Shown here one piece after another: positions 8,754 to 18,138 of a DNA stretch of 60,740 nucleotides. The first letter of the stretch is position 1. Every line of letters starts with the position of its first letter. Both the position numbers and the translations under genes were made by a program. The stretch is from a virus. Taxonomy: Duplodnaviria > Caudoviricetes. Below the pieces are notes generated by a model, which worked only from the letters and a program-made list of their open reading frames with translations, was not told the origin of the DNA and did not search any database. The stretch lies in IMG/VR virus record IMGVR_UViG_3300046004_001107, positions 1 to 60,740 of that record, one strand, 5' to 3'.

Positions 8754-9320
8754 TTATAATCTTTCGTTTTTATAATCTCTATAGTTAAACACTACTGTGT
8801 AACGCAAATATGGATCTGGTGCAACGCTACTAACCCTGAGTGGAGTTGTTTCAACAGGAAACACTTCATTAAAGGTATATCTAGAAACTATGTTTCCATT
8901 TAAATCTAATAAATTTAATATTACTTTACAGTTTTTTACAATATCATCATAGTAAGCCAATTTAAATGGTGTATTATAACTTCCTACAGAATACCCACCA
9001 CTATAGATAGAATTAAACCAATCGTTAAAAAACAATAACGTTCTATTATCACCAGTTACTGGAAATGTAATAGCAAACCCGTTAGCAAAACTTTGACTTC
9101 TTGGAATTAATCGTCCAACGCCATAGCCAGATAAATCATCTGCAACATGATCAATTGCTCTTTGATTTAATAAAAATTCATCTACAACATATTCTGGATC
9201 TAAGAATGAAGAACTTGGTGTATTAAAAAATGATATTGAATATCTGTTAGGTCGTTGAATACCTTTATGTTGTGTAAAGTAATTTTTTAAACTTGATATG
9301 GTGTTATCTAAATTAGGCAT
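8754..9320 (-). CDS. tail tube-fold protein (gp54/gp19-like)
   Basis: GIQRPNRYSI..., FFNDWFNSI, YTFNEVFP, TVVFNYR. Confidence 0.7.
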   Translation of the reverse strand: MPNLDNTISSLKNYFTQHKGIQRPNRYSISFFNTPSSSFLDPEYVVDEFLLNQRAIDHVADDLSGYGVGRLIPRSQSFANGFAITFPVTGDNRTLLFFNDWFNSIYSGGYSVGSYNTPFKLAYYDDIVKNCKVILNLLDLNGNIVSRYTFNEVFPVETTPLRVSSVAPDPYLRYTVVFNYRDYKNERL

Positions 9321-9732
9321 TGGAGAATAATTCTTTTTCTGTTAAAAGTTTAAACACAAAATTGTGTTTTTGGCAGTACAATTCTGCTGCTTTCCATTTG
9401 GCAACATTGACTATCCATGTTAATTTTTCTTTTTTTGATGCATTTTCTTTTAACATGGTTTGTTTTTTTGGTTTTACTTCAATCATCCAAGATTCAAGTT
9501 TGTCGTTATTTTTAATTTGAACAAGAAAATCAGGAATATAGTTTCTGATCTTATTATCTACTGGATTATGATAAGGAACCATAATTTCTTCAAAAGACCA
9601 TTTTATAATATTTTCATTTCCATCACAAAATTTGCATACACTTCTTTCCCATAGAGAACGGCAATTGATAGAATCTGGATTTCCCACATATTTTTTTTGA
9701 TTTAAGGGAACATATTTAGTTCTATACGCCAT
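9313..9732 (-). CDS. gp4: head completion nuclease
   Basis: KKYVGNPDSINCRSLWER, WSFEEIMVPY, YIPDF, IEVKP, KWKAA; start taken at MAYRTKY. Confidence 0.92.
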   Translation of the reverse strand: MAYRTKYVPLNQKKYVGNPDSINCRSLWERSVCKFCDGNENIIKWSFEEIMVPYHNPVDNKIRNYIPDFLVQIKNNDKLESWMIEVKPKKQTMLKENASKKEKLTWIVNVAKWKAAELYCQKHNFVFKLLTEKELFSNA

Positions 9733-9737
9733 TAAAA

Positions 9738-9758
9738 TATTTATCAAAATCATAAATA
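9738..9758. promoter_or_regulatory. back-to-back late promoters for gp4 and gp48
   Basis: Minus GATAAATA 9738-9745; plus CATAAATA 9751-9758. Confidence 0.6.
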
Positions 9759-9766
9759 TTATTAAT

Positions 9767-10570
9767 ATGGCATACTTTGCACAATACCCATTAGGATCCT
9801 ATGCTGCAGAACAACCTTTATGGATTAACTTTTATACAGCACCATATTCTTTGAAAAATTTTGAAAGAACCAGGTCTGGTATTGTTAATCGGAGTTTTGG
9901 AAGAATAAGGCTACCTTTACCCAAAGAACCTGGATATTCAGCAAATCATGATTTTGCTCAATCTGACAATCCAGTAGGACCTGTTTTAAGCATGGCAGGG
10001 GTAGCAAACTCCGGTGGATTTGGTAGATTTGACACATTATTTGATCGTACACTGCAACCAGCACAATTTTATTCCGAAAAGCAGTTTGCAACATCAACAT
10101 ATAGACGATTTTCAAATATTACTGAACTATCTATGATCAGTGAAGCAAGAAAAACTTATCAGTTTGATTATATCTTTGCTCCCCATAATGCTAATGAAAG
10201 TGTAGCCGTAGAAAACATTGTAGCTTCTTTTAGAAAATGGTCTTATCCAGCAATTGCTGACTTTCCTGAAAGAACATATCCACAAAATTTATGGACTATT
10301 GTAGTTACTAAGGGATCACAGCCATCTTCATTTGAAAACTTGACTGAAGTATGGCTTGGAGAACCATTGCCGTGTGTATTACAAAGTGTAACAGTTAAAA
10401 AGAATGATAGAGTTGATCCTATTGTAAGATTTTTACCAAACGGTGCTTCTTCATATACCTTAATGTCTTTGGTTTTTATAGAGTTTGAAACTGGCACATT
10501 CGTACCATCAGCAAATTATATTTGGTCTAAATCAGAAGTCTCATATAATACTTTTGGATATGCCCAATAA
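9767..10570 (+). CDS. gp48: baseplate tail tube cap
   Basis: IRLPLP, RKTYQFDYIFAPHNANES..VENIVASFRKWSYP, PCVLQSVTV, LVFIEFE; gene order. Confidence 0.75.
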   Translation: MAYFAQYPLGSYAAEQPLWINFYTAPYSLKNFERTRSGIVNRSFGRIRLPLPKEPGYSANHDFAQSDNPVGPVLSMAGVANSGGFGRFDTLFDRTLQPAQFYSEKQFATSTYRRFSNITELSMISEARKTYQFDYIFAPHNANESVAVENIVASFRKWSYPAIADFPERTYPQNLWTIVVTKGSQPSSFENLTEVWLGEPLPCVLQSVTVKKNDRVDPIVRFLPNGASSYTLMSLVFIEFETGTFVPSANYIWSKSEVSYNTFGYAQ

Positions 10571-10586
10571 TTAAATTGAGTTTAAT

Positions 10587-11444
10587 ATGAAATTTTTTAC
10601 TAACTTACCAAAAAGAGCATATAATACTCCAATAGGAACAATTAATCTTTGTGATTTTTATAGTTTTTATAATAAAAAATTAGATAATAAACGACAGATC
10701 ACAACTGTTATTGATAATCAAACTACTTTAATCGAAACATCATTATCTACATTTAATGATCCAGATTCATTGTGGGTTTTCTTACATTCAAATAATAAAA
10801 TAAATCCCTTTGACTTAACTAAAGAAAATGCCACAACGTATATTACAGAGAATGAAGTTAAAACATCATTTAACCCTGTAACGATTACATCAACTAGTTT
10901 TTCTCCTTCAGGTATTACATTTAATCCTCCAGCAGGAAGTATCTTAACAGAATATGTTGGTGCAACATCTGGAAATCCATGGGAATACTCATATGTTGGT
11001 AATTTTAATTTAAATGGAAGTTTTGCTCTTGTAGAAAAATCAAATTCGTATAATACATCTGTCACAGTAAAACCAAGTTATGTGTCGTCAGGAGAAGAAT
11101 TTATATATCCGTCTGCTTCTCCTGTAACTAATTTGACATTTTTATATAGTGGAGATACATATTTTTCTATTAAAAATAATGTCACTGCTAATCGTAGTAT
11201 TAAATATACAGATAGTATAGAAAAACAATTTAGTTCTACAAAAGATAAAGAAATTATTACTAAAGGTGGTGGAGAAAAACTTGATACAATAGATAAATTT
11301 TTACCCGAAGCTCTAACAGGTAGTAATGACATTACATTAAATCAAATTGTTACCAGTGAAACGAAACAAATTAATGTTATATCTTCTTTAGATTTACCTT
11401 CCTCATTATCTACTCTAGTGACACCTAAATATTCTGGTATATGA
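10587..11444 (+). CDS. gp53: baseplate wedge subunit
   Basis: MKFFTNLP start, DPDSLWVFLHSNNKINPF; follows gp48. Confidence 0.65.
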   Translation: MKFFTNLPKRAYNTPIGTINLCDFYSFYNKKLDNKRQITTVIDNQTTLIETSLSTFNDPDSLWVFLHSNNKINPFDLTKENATTYITENEVKTSFNPVTITSTSFSPSGITFNPPAGSILTEYVGATSGNPWEYSYVGNFNLNGSFALVEKSNSYNTSVTVKPSYVSSGEEFIYPSASPVTNLTFLYSGDTYFSIKNNVTANRSIKYTDSIEKQFSSTKDKEIITKGGGEKLDTIDKFLPEALTGSNDITLNQIVTSETKQINVISSLDLPSSLSTLVTPKYSGI

Positions 11445-13384
11445 ATCCTAAATCAAATCCTTTTAATTCCCCTTTAGTTGGGATATTTTTACAAAATAAT
11501 GATGAAACAATATCATTAAACATATTAACAAATAATGAAGAATGTGAATACCATAGACTAGAATTAACAGAAAGCATGTTTGATGCTTTTCCTTCTGGTG
11601 TCTTAATTGTTAGAGACAAAGGTGATTTTATTTCTAGAGTTAATCAATATAATATCAATTATGTAAAATTTGTTTATGAGAGTGGTGGAACTGATACATT
11701 TAGATTTCACTCCGTTGCTAATTTAAATAATGCAGCATCTGCTACCGAAGAATCATATGTTTCTATGCAGTTTAGTAATCAATTTTACTTTTATTGTCAA
11801 GAAAATAGTTTAACTTCAGTTTTAAATAATCCAAAATCTAAAGTATTTCAAATAGATAAGTTTTTTGAAGAAATTATGTCAAGTGTTGGAGAGCCCTATC
11901 TACAAAAAATTTTTGCAAATAGACCAGTTCCCACAGATAACTATGTTTGCTACAGACCTTTAAATCCTAAATTAGATGGTACTGAAGTAGCATCTGGTAA
12001 TATTGCAGAATATTTAAATTATATTACTAACTATGCAGTTCCATTAATTGGAGGTGTATATGCAGCTTATGCTGATAAACCAAGATATGTGTATTGGAGT
12101 AATTGGGGAAATTATATTACTTTAAAATATATATCTTCTGTTGATGAAGATAGAGATGGGAATGAGGCTTTAAATAATTATAATTTAAGATATGCAATTT
12201 ATTCGGGTGATCAAGCACAACAACCCATGAATGGTAATATATATAAAAAAATATACAATTACAGTACTAATCAAGGTTTACAATTTATTACTAAACAATA
12301 TTATTATGTTAGAAAAACTCCAAAAATTTTAGATATTCCAGGTGCTTCTGGTGGAAACACCTATAGTGAATTGGCATATCAATTTTTAGATGATGGTTCA
12401 AAATACAATATACAAATAGTTGGAAATACAGCAGGAATAAATGCTTTTGCTAAAGGTGCCGAAGAATTAGAATATTCAGGAAGTTGGGGTTATCCAAACG
12501 ATAATACTATACCTAATAGTTCATCTGTATCTACGCACATGTCACATCAATACGGTTTAGGAAAAAGTTATAATCAATTTAATCTTGCTGGGATTACAGG
12601 AGCATATGAATTTATTGATAACAGTGAAATGTGGAAAAATGTGTTTGATCTAACACCCATTGATCCATATTATCCTACTGTAATAGCAACACAAGCAAAT
12701 CCAAGTTCTAGTAATTTACAAAAAGTATTAGATATAAAATATAATTCTTTAGTTAAACTTGCTGGATCTACTGCAAACAATCAATTAGAATTAATAAGAA
12801 AAATAGAATTACAAAATTTTGTCATGTACTCGTTATGTTGTATGGGTGAAGATTCTGATGATTCTTTTTTTGCCGTATTGACATCATATAATCAAAATAC
12901 AGTAATAGATAGCCAAGCTTCCAATATTAAATGGGTTTATGGTTGGAATAAAATTAATTTTTCTCCTGTTACTCCTAGTTCTAATCCAAATCAAATATAT
13001 TCAGATAAAGATGTAATGGAGTTATCTCATTGGGTATTAGATGCAAATGTAAAATCTGCAGCAACGCCCGATGCTACTGGAGTTAATACTTTTGCAATCA
13101 ACTTAAATGAATCAAACAATACTGTAGGTGGTCAAACTCCAACGTATGCTCCTGGTTGGAATTCTCCACCATCTGGATTTTCTTATAGACCTATTGGATT
13201 AAAATCTACTCAAGTAGTCAATGCTACTGGTACAATAAATCATGTTGTAAAAATGTATAAAAAATCATGGAAAAATGTTTTTAATACATCTGGAATAACA
13301 TTATCTAATTGGAATTCATCATACGATAATAAATATTTGTATTATTTTACTGCAGAAAACGTTTTAGATGGAACCTGTCCATAA
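11441..13384 (+). CDS. baseplate hub-like protein (gp27-like N-terminal part)
   Basis: LELTESMFDAFPSGVLIVRD resembles hub N-terminus; follows gp53. Confidence 0.45.
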   Translation: MNPKSNPFNSPLVGIFLQNNDETISLNILTNNEECEYHRLELTESMFDAFPSGVLIVRDKGDFISRVNQYNINYVKFVYESGGTDTFRFHSVANLNNAASATEESYVSMQFSNQFYFYCQENSLTSVLNNPKSKVFQIDKFFEEIMSSVGEPYLQKIFANRPVPTDNYVCYRPLNPKLDGTEVASGNIAEYLNYITNYAVPLIGGVYAAYADKPRYVYWSNWGNYITLKYISSVDEDRDGNEALNNYNLRYAIYSGDQAQQPMNGNIYKKIYNYSTNQGLQFITKQYYYVRKTPKILDIPGASGGNTYSELAYQFLDDGSKYNIQIVGNTAGINAFAKGAEELEYSGSWGYPNDNTIPNSSSVSTHMSHQYGLGKSYNQFNLAGITGAYEFIDNSEMWKNVFDLTPIDPYYPTVIATQANPSSSNLQKVLDIKYNSLVKLAGSTANNQLELIRKIELQNFVMYSLCCMGEDSDDSFFAVLTSYNQNTVIDSQASNIKWVYGWNKINFSPVTPSSNPNQIYSDKDVMELSHWVLDANVKSAATPDATGVNTFAINLNESNNTVGGQTPTYAPGWNSPPSGFSYRPIGLKSTQVVNATGTINHVVKMYKKSWKNVFNTSGITLSNWNSSYDNKYLYYFTAENVLDGTCP

Positions 13385-13393
13385 TATTATATT

Positions 13394-14101
13394 ATGTCAA
13401 ATACAAATCAAATAAAAATTTATCCGTATACTATTGCAAAACATGCAATTACTCCTGTAACTTCACGGGATAGTTACGAATGTGCAAATTCGGAAATAAC
13501 TCGTGGTTTAACATCTTCTCCAGATTCTTTACAGGGGTGTTTTGATTCATTCCCAGCAATTAAAAAAATTGCAGAAGGTTTGGATGTTTTACCATCAAAT
13601 TTATGGACAGGATCTACAGGAAGTGTTCCTCCAAAAGGAATATTGGTTATAAGAGATTTGTTAACTGGATTAACAGGAGGAGAATGTGACGAGGTTCAAT
13701 CATCTTTGGGTCCTTCTTGGTTGGGTTGTTTATGGGGAACACCAGAAGCACCTTTTAGTTGTGTTTGTCCAGAGGTTGGTGACAATTACGCTGCATATTT
13801 AAAACACAGATTAAATGTTGCAACTTTTTGGAAAACTTCTGTTAAAGTTCCTGTAGATAGAAGAGAATTTTTAGATGGTTTAAAATACCAAACAAAAATA
13901 GATTTAACGGTTGCAGGTGATTATAATATTAGACCAGGGTTTATAATTGAACTTTTAGTCGATCACCCAACTAGAACCCCTATCAATACTGGTAAGTCAA
14001 TCTTTTCGGGGTTATATATGATAATTTCTGTTAAACATATCTTAAATAGTGGTGGAACACATGAAACCGCTTTAACTGTAACTCAGATTCCTGATAAATA
14101 A
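13394..14101 (+). CDS. baseplate protein with hub (gp27/GpD-like) C-terminal motif
   Basis: IDLTVAGDYNIRPGFIIEL...FSGLYMIISVKHIL...HETALTV. Confidence 0.5.
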   Translation: MSNTNQIKIYPYTIAKHAITPVTSRDSYECANSEITRGLTSSPDSLQGCFDSFPAIKKIAEGLDVLPSNLWTGSTGSVPPKGILVIRDLLTGLTGGECDEVQSSLGPSWLGCLWGTPEAPFSCVCPEVGDNYAAYLKHRLNVATFWKTSVKVPVDRREFLDGLKYQTKIDLTVAGDYNIRPGFIIELLVDHPTRTPINTGKSIFSGLYMIISVKHILNSGGTHETALTVTQIPDK

Positions 14102-14106
14102 TTTTA

Positions 14107-14487
14107 ATGCAGAACACAGATTTTTCAATACTCCTTGAAAAAATACCATCTACTAATAGTAATACGGATATTGCTATGGTAAGTGGGTACAATAGTATTG
14201 TACAAAAAATATCCCATTTGTTTAATACAAATAAAGGAGAACTAACATCTGATAAAAATTTTGGTTCAGATTATTATGTTTATATATTTGATCCAATTAG
14301 TAATAAATCTTTATTAGAAAATACCATGTCACACTATATTCAAGCATCAATTCAGGGTGTCACAGATGTTACTGTAGAGTTATTTTCATATACTCAAAGT
14401 ATATTACAGTTTAAAGTTAAATTTGGTTATTTTGATGGAATAAAATTACAAAGCAATATTTATTGCAATATTGAGGTAAATCTATAA
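14107..14487 (+). CDS. gp25: baseplate wedge subunit
   Basis: SIVQKISHLFNTNKGE..DKNFGSD; late motif GATAAATA 14093-14100. Confidence 0.8.
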   Translation: MQNTDFSILLEKIPSTNSNTDIAMVSGYNSIVQKISHLFNTNKGELTSDKNFGSDYYVYIFDPISNKSLLENTMSHYIQASIQGVTDVTVELFSYTQSILQFKVKFGYFDGIKLQSNIYCNIEVNL

Positions 14488-15557
14488 TGGCGTATAATAC
14501 AAAAGATCTGAATGTTTCTTCTTTAGACTTTACTGATATAGTAAATTCTTTAACCCGTTTCTTGTCAGCACAGCCAAGTTTATCCGGTATTGATTTTAAG
14601 AATTCATCAAGTGCAGCCAATATGTTTATTAATATATTAGCTACAGCTACTGCATATAATGGTGCATATAGTTATTTTGGATTTAATGAATCATTTAAGG
14701 TTTCTGCACAAAACTTAGAATCTTTTTCTGGATTGGCTGCAAATGAATCTATTGTATTACCATTTACTCAATCAGCTACCACAGATATAACATTAGAAGC
14801 CTCCGCAGTTATTCCTGCTTATACTTCATTTACATCACAAGCAATAGATGGAACTAATATATTATTTTTTAATATTCAAGATATTGCTATAGGTACCAAT
14901 TCATATAAATTATATTCTGGCACACAGGCTGTAAGTTATACTGATTATAATTTTGAGGGTCAATATATAATAATTCCTTTAACAGTGGATCCGCGTACAA
15001 TTACTTTTGTTACTACTAATGTTATAACTGGTGCAGAAACTGTTTACACAAGAGTTGATAGAGGTGCAGAAGCAACTACTTCTGGTAATTATTTTACAGT
15101 AATTAATGGACCGAGTGGATACATGGTTACTAATAATTTTATTAATTCTACTGCAATTGATTTAAATGTACGTGTTGAAATTATTGGTTTGACTACAAAT
15201 GGTAGTAAAGGTAATGGTGCAGCAATAACTCCGCTAAGTTCTACAATATTTGTAAGTTCATTAACCCCATCTGGTGGATATGATAATTTAAGTGTAGAAC
15301 GTGCTAGGGCAACAGTGTTATTTAATGGTAATGGTAGAAAACGTTGGGTTACACTAAATGATCTTAAATATGCTGTAATGTCTTCTGGAATTTCTGGAAC
15401 AGATGATGAAACTGTAATTACGGTTTCTAATGGAGCAAGCCCATATACTGTAAATGTTTATGTAAATGCTTCATTATCAGCTTCTGATCAAACTTTATTA
15501 TTAACATTTTTATCTTCGACAGGTCCAGCTGGAATATCAATTAATTACACATTATGA
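14487..15557 (+). CDS. gp6: baseplate wedge subunit (short)
   Basis: LNVSSLDFTDIVNSLTRFL..DFKNSS..INILA; GGYDNLSVE..RWVTLND. Confidence 0.8.
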   Translation: MAYNTKDLNVSSLDFTDIVNSLTRFLSAQPSLSGIDFKNSSSAANMFINILATATAYNGAYSYFGFNESFKVSAQNLESFSGLAANESIVLPFTQSATTDITLEASAVIPAYTSFTSQAIDGTNILFFNIQDIAIGTNSYKLYSGTQAVSYTDYNFEGQYIIIPLTVDPRTITFVTTNVITGAETVYTRVDRGAEATTSGNYFTVINGPSGYMVTNNFINSTAIDLNVRVEIIGLTTNGSKGNGAAITPLSSTIFVSSLTPSGGYDNLSVERARATVLFNGNGRKRWVTLNDLKYAVMSSGISGTDDETVITVSNGASPYTVNVYVNASLSASDQTLLLTFLSSTGPAGISINYTL

Positions 15558-16174
15558 TTTTATTATTTCACCATCTTCCAGTATCTTTAGAAGTAAAAGT
15601 TAATAAATTTGTTGATATTGTTAGTAATTACTATGGATCTGAATTTCGCAATATTCAAGGAGAATATTGGTTTGGTGATAAACTTACTATCAAGTCTTTA
15701 TTTCCATCGTGGATTATTAAAGAATATGATAATAATACGGATAATGTATTAGTTATTCCATTATTTAAAAATTATCTTAGATGGCTGTTTAGTCTTAAAT
15801 ATGGATATGGTGCCCAATTAGATTGGGAAAATATTCGTTGTGGTATGAGTATTGATTATAAACTATTACAAGGTATTGCCGAAAGTTATTTTCCTAGTGC
15901 TGATTTTTCAAGTGATAATTTATCTGATATATTACCAAATATAAGAAGATTTTCTATTCAAGTACAGGGTTCATATTTTGATATAAAAGGAACCAATAAG
16001 GCGATCAAATATGTTTTGACAACTTTATTAAATATGCCTTACTCAACAACTCAAGTCTATACTTCTGCTCCGGGAGTAATAAATATAAAGGCTAATGTTT
16101 TAGATAAACACAAATTATTTTTGTCTGAACATGTTATTCCAGCAGGAATGACTATAGTTTATGAAAGTGTATAA
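15554..16174 (+). CDS. baseplate wedge protein, gp7-like N-terminal module
   Basis: KSLFPSWI..LFKNYLRWL, YFDIKGTNKAIKYVL, HVIPAGM; follows gp6. Confidence 0.55.
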   Translation: MILLFHHLPVSLEVKVNKFVDIVSNYYGSEFRNIQGEYWFGDKLTIKSLFPSWIIKEYDNNTDNVLVIPLFKNYLRWLFSLKYGYGAQLDWENIRCGMSIDYKLLQGIAESYFPSADFSSDNLSDILPNIRRFSIQVQGSYFDIKGTNKAIKYVLTTLLNMPYSTTQVYTSAPGVINIKANVLDKHKLFLSEHVIPAGMTIVYESV

Positions 16175-16176
16175 GA

Positions 16177-16617
16177 ATGTTTAAAAAGATGATTTCATTG
16201 GCGATGGCTCTAGCCAGCCGTGGTTTAACAAATAATAAAATTGATTTAATCACTAAAAAAATTAGAACAGTTTCTTGTTTTGGTCATGGAGATATTTCTC
16301 CTTGTCATAATTTAAGAAAAAGTAACAATTCTGAATATTTCTATTGTGGTGGATGTGGTTGTGGTGATAATACTAATACTTGGTTAATAAAAGCTGATGG
16401 TGAATATGCTAAATTAGATTATCCCAGTTTAAATTGTCCACTTCAATTGCCTGGGTTTACCAATTATGATCCAAATTCCAATCTTTCTCCAGAAAGAAAA
16501 GAACAAATTGAAAATTTTGACCCTGAATTATTGAATTTAATACAAGTAACTGTTGGTAGATCTGAAGAAAAAGAAAATATAATAGCTGAAGTAAATAAAA
16601 TTATAGAGAATTCATAA
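16177..16617 (+). CDS. Cys-rich hypothetical protein
   Basis: SCFGHG..PCHN..YCGGCGCG..LNCP. Confidence 0.55.
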   Translation: MFKKMISLAMALASRGLTNNKIDLITKKIRTVSCFGHGDISPCHNLRKSNNSEYFYCGGCGCGDNTNTWLIKADGEYAKLDYPSLNCPLQLPGFTNYDPNSNLSPERKEQIENFDPELLNLIQVTVGRSEEKENIIAEVNKIIENS

Positions 16618-16628
16618 ATATTTGTATA

Positions 16629-17459
16629 ATGGCGAAACCTACTACAAGACAAGAATTTATCAACTATTGTTTTAGATCTCTTGGAGCTCCTGTATTACAG
16701 ATCAATATAGACCCCCAACAAGCCGAAGATAGATTAGATGAAGCCTTAGAATATATGTTTGAACGTCATTTTGACTTCAATCAACGAGCTCTTTACGTAT
16801 ATCCTATTACGGAAGAAGATATTGCTACCAAATCTTTTAATACTACTACTTTTGGAAATGCATTAGGGGCTAAAATAAAAACCAATGAAGATGGTTCTAC
16901 TGGATACTGGCCTGCTGCAACAGATATAAGAACAATAACTAAAGTTTTTACACCAACTAGTCAAGTTGGTGATTATATGTTTGATTTAAGATATCAAATG
17001 ACTTTATTTGATTTCTTTGGTCTTTATAATAGCCAGTCGGCTACTCCATCGGGACCTATGGCAGCATATATGGAAGCTATGAGTTATATTAAGCTAATAA
17101 ATGATGTCTTTAATTATCCCGTATCTTACACATATACCCGTACAACTGATACTTTATTTTTAGATACTGATTATTCATCATTATCAAATGGAAAGTACTT
17201 AATGGTTGAAGCATATGTTCAGATTGATCCATATAAGTATGAAAAAGTTTGGACTGATAGAATATTTAAAAGATATTTTACTGCTCTTTTAAAGAAACAA
17301 TGGGGTCAAAATTTAATTAAATTTGCAGGAGTTCCTTTACCTGGTGGAGCCATGTTAAATGCTGCAGCAATATTAAATGAAGCTGTATCAGAACTTAAAG
17401 AAATTGAACTTACCTTACTAAAAACACAAGAACTACCAGTCGACCCTATGATTGGATAA
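16629..17459 (+). CDS. gp13: neck protein
   Basis: AKPTTRQEFINYCFRSLGAPVLQINID, KKQWGQNLIKF.GVPLPGG; CATAAATA 16613-16620. Confidence 0.93.
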   Translation: MAKPTTRQEFINYCFRSLGAPVLQINIDPQQAEDRLDEALEYMFERHFDFNQRALYVYPITEEDIATKSFNTTTFGNALGAKIKTNEDGSTGYWPAATDIRTITKVFTPTSQVGDYMFDLRYQMTLFDFFGLYNSQSATPSGPMAAYMEAMSYIKLINDVFNYPVSYTYTRTTDTLFLDTDYSSLSNGKYLMVEAYVQIDPYKYEKVWTDRIFKRYFTALLKKQWGQNLIKFAGVPLPGGAMLNAAAILNEAVSELKEIELTLLKTQELPVDPMIG

Positions 17460-17461
17460 CC

Positions 17462-18121
17462 ATGGCAACCAATCCTTATTTTTATAATTACGGGAATGAA
17501 CAAAATCTTGTTGAAGATATTACTATTGAAATTATAAAAGCAACCGGACAAGATTGTTTATATATTCCAAGAAAATATTTTAATATAGATAAATTATTTG
17601 GTGAAAATCCTGCATCGTCATTTAGTAAAACTTATACATTGGAAATGTATCTACAATCTTATAAAGGCTTTGAAGGTACTGATATAATTTCTCAATTTGG
17701 TATTGAAATCAAAGATAAAGTTACTTTAGTATTTGCAAGAAAAAGATTTAAAGATGAAATAACGATTAATGATACGTCAATTACAAGACCACGTGAAGGT
17801 GATCTTATATATTTTCCTCTATCAAAATCTTTATTTGAAATTAATTTTGTAGAACATGAAAATCCATTTTATCCATTGGGAAAATTATATTCATATTATA
17901 TAACAGCTGAACTCTTTACATACAGTTATGAAAAGATTGATACTGGTGTTGATGTATTGGATGAAGTTTCTTCTGGTACAAAGCAAATAGATTATGAAAA
18001 TTCTTTACTTGTTTTAAATGGAAGTGGAGATTTTGCTGTAGAAGATGTTATTGAATTATACTATTCATCAAATGATCAACAAACTTTGTTTCCACCAGTT
18101 TATAATATGTTGGAACAATAA
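17462..18121 (+). CDS. gp14: neck protein (N-terminal/core part)
   Basis: ATNPYF..EQNLVED, G.DCLYIPR, RPREGDLIYFP, FEINFVEHENPFYPLGK. Confidence 0.93.
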   Translation: MATNPYFYNYGNEQNLVEDITIEIIKATGQDCLYIPRKYFNIDKLFGENPASSFSKTYTLEMYLQSYKGFEGTDIISQFGIEIKDKVTLVFARKRFKDEITINDTSITRPREGDLIYFPLSKSLFEINFVEHENPFYPLGKLYSYYITAELFTYSYEKIDTGVDVLDEVSSGTKQIDYENSLLVLNGSGDFAVEDVIELYYSSNDQQTLFPPVYNMLEQ

Positions 18122-18138
18122 TATAATTAAGGAATATA

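Noticed and set aside
9313-9753. TnsA-like nuclease as transposon or homing element
   Set aside because: Motifs and position fit the core head-completion protein gp4; no element ends
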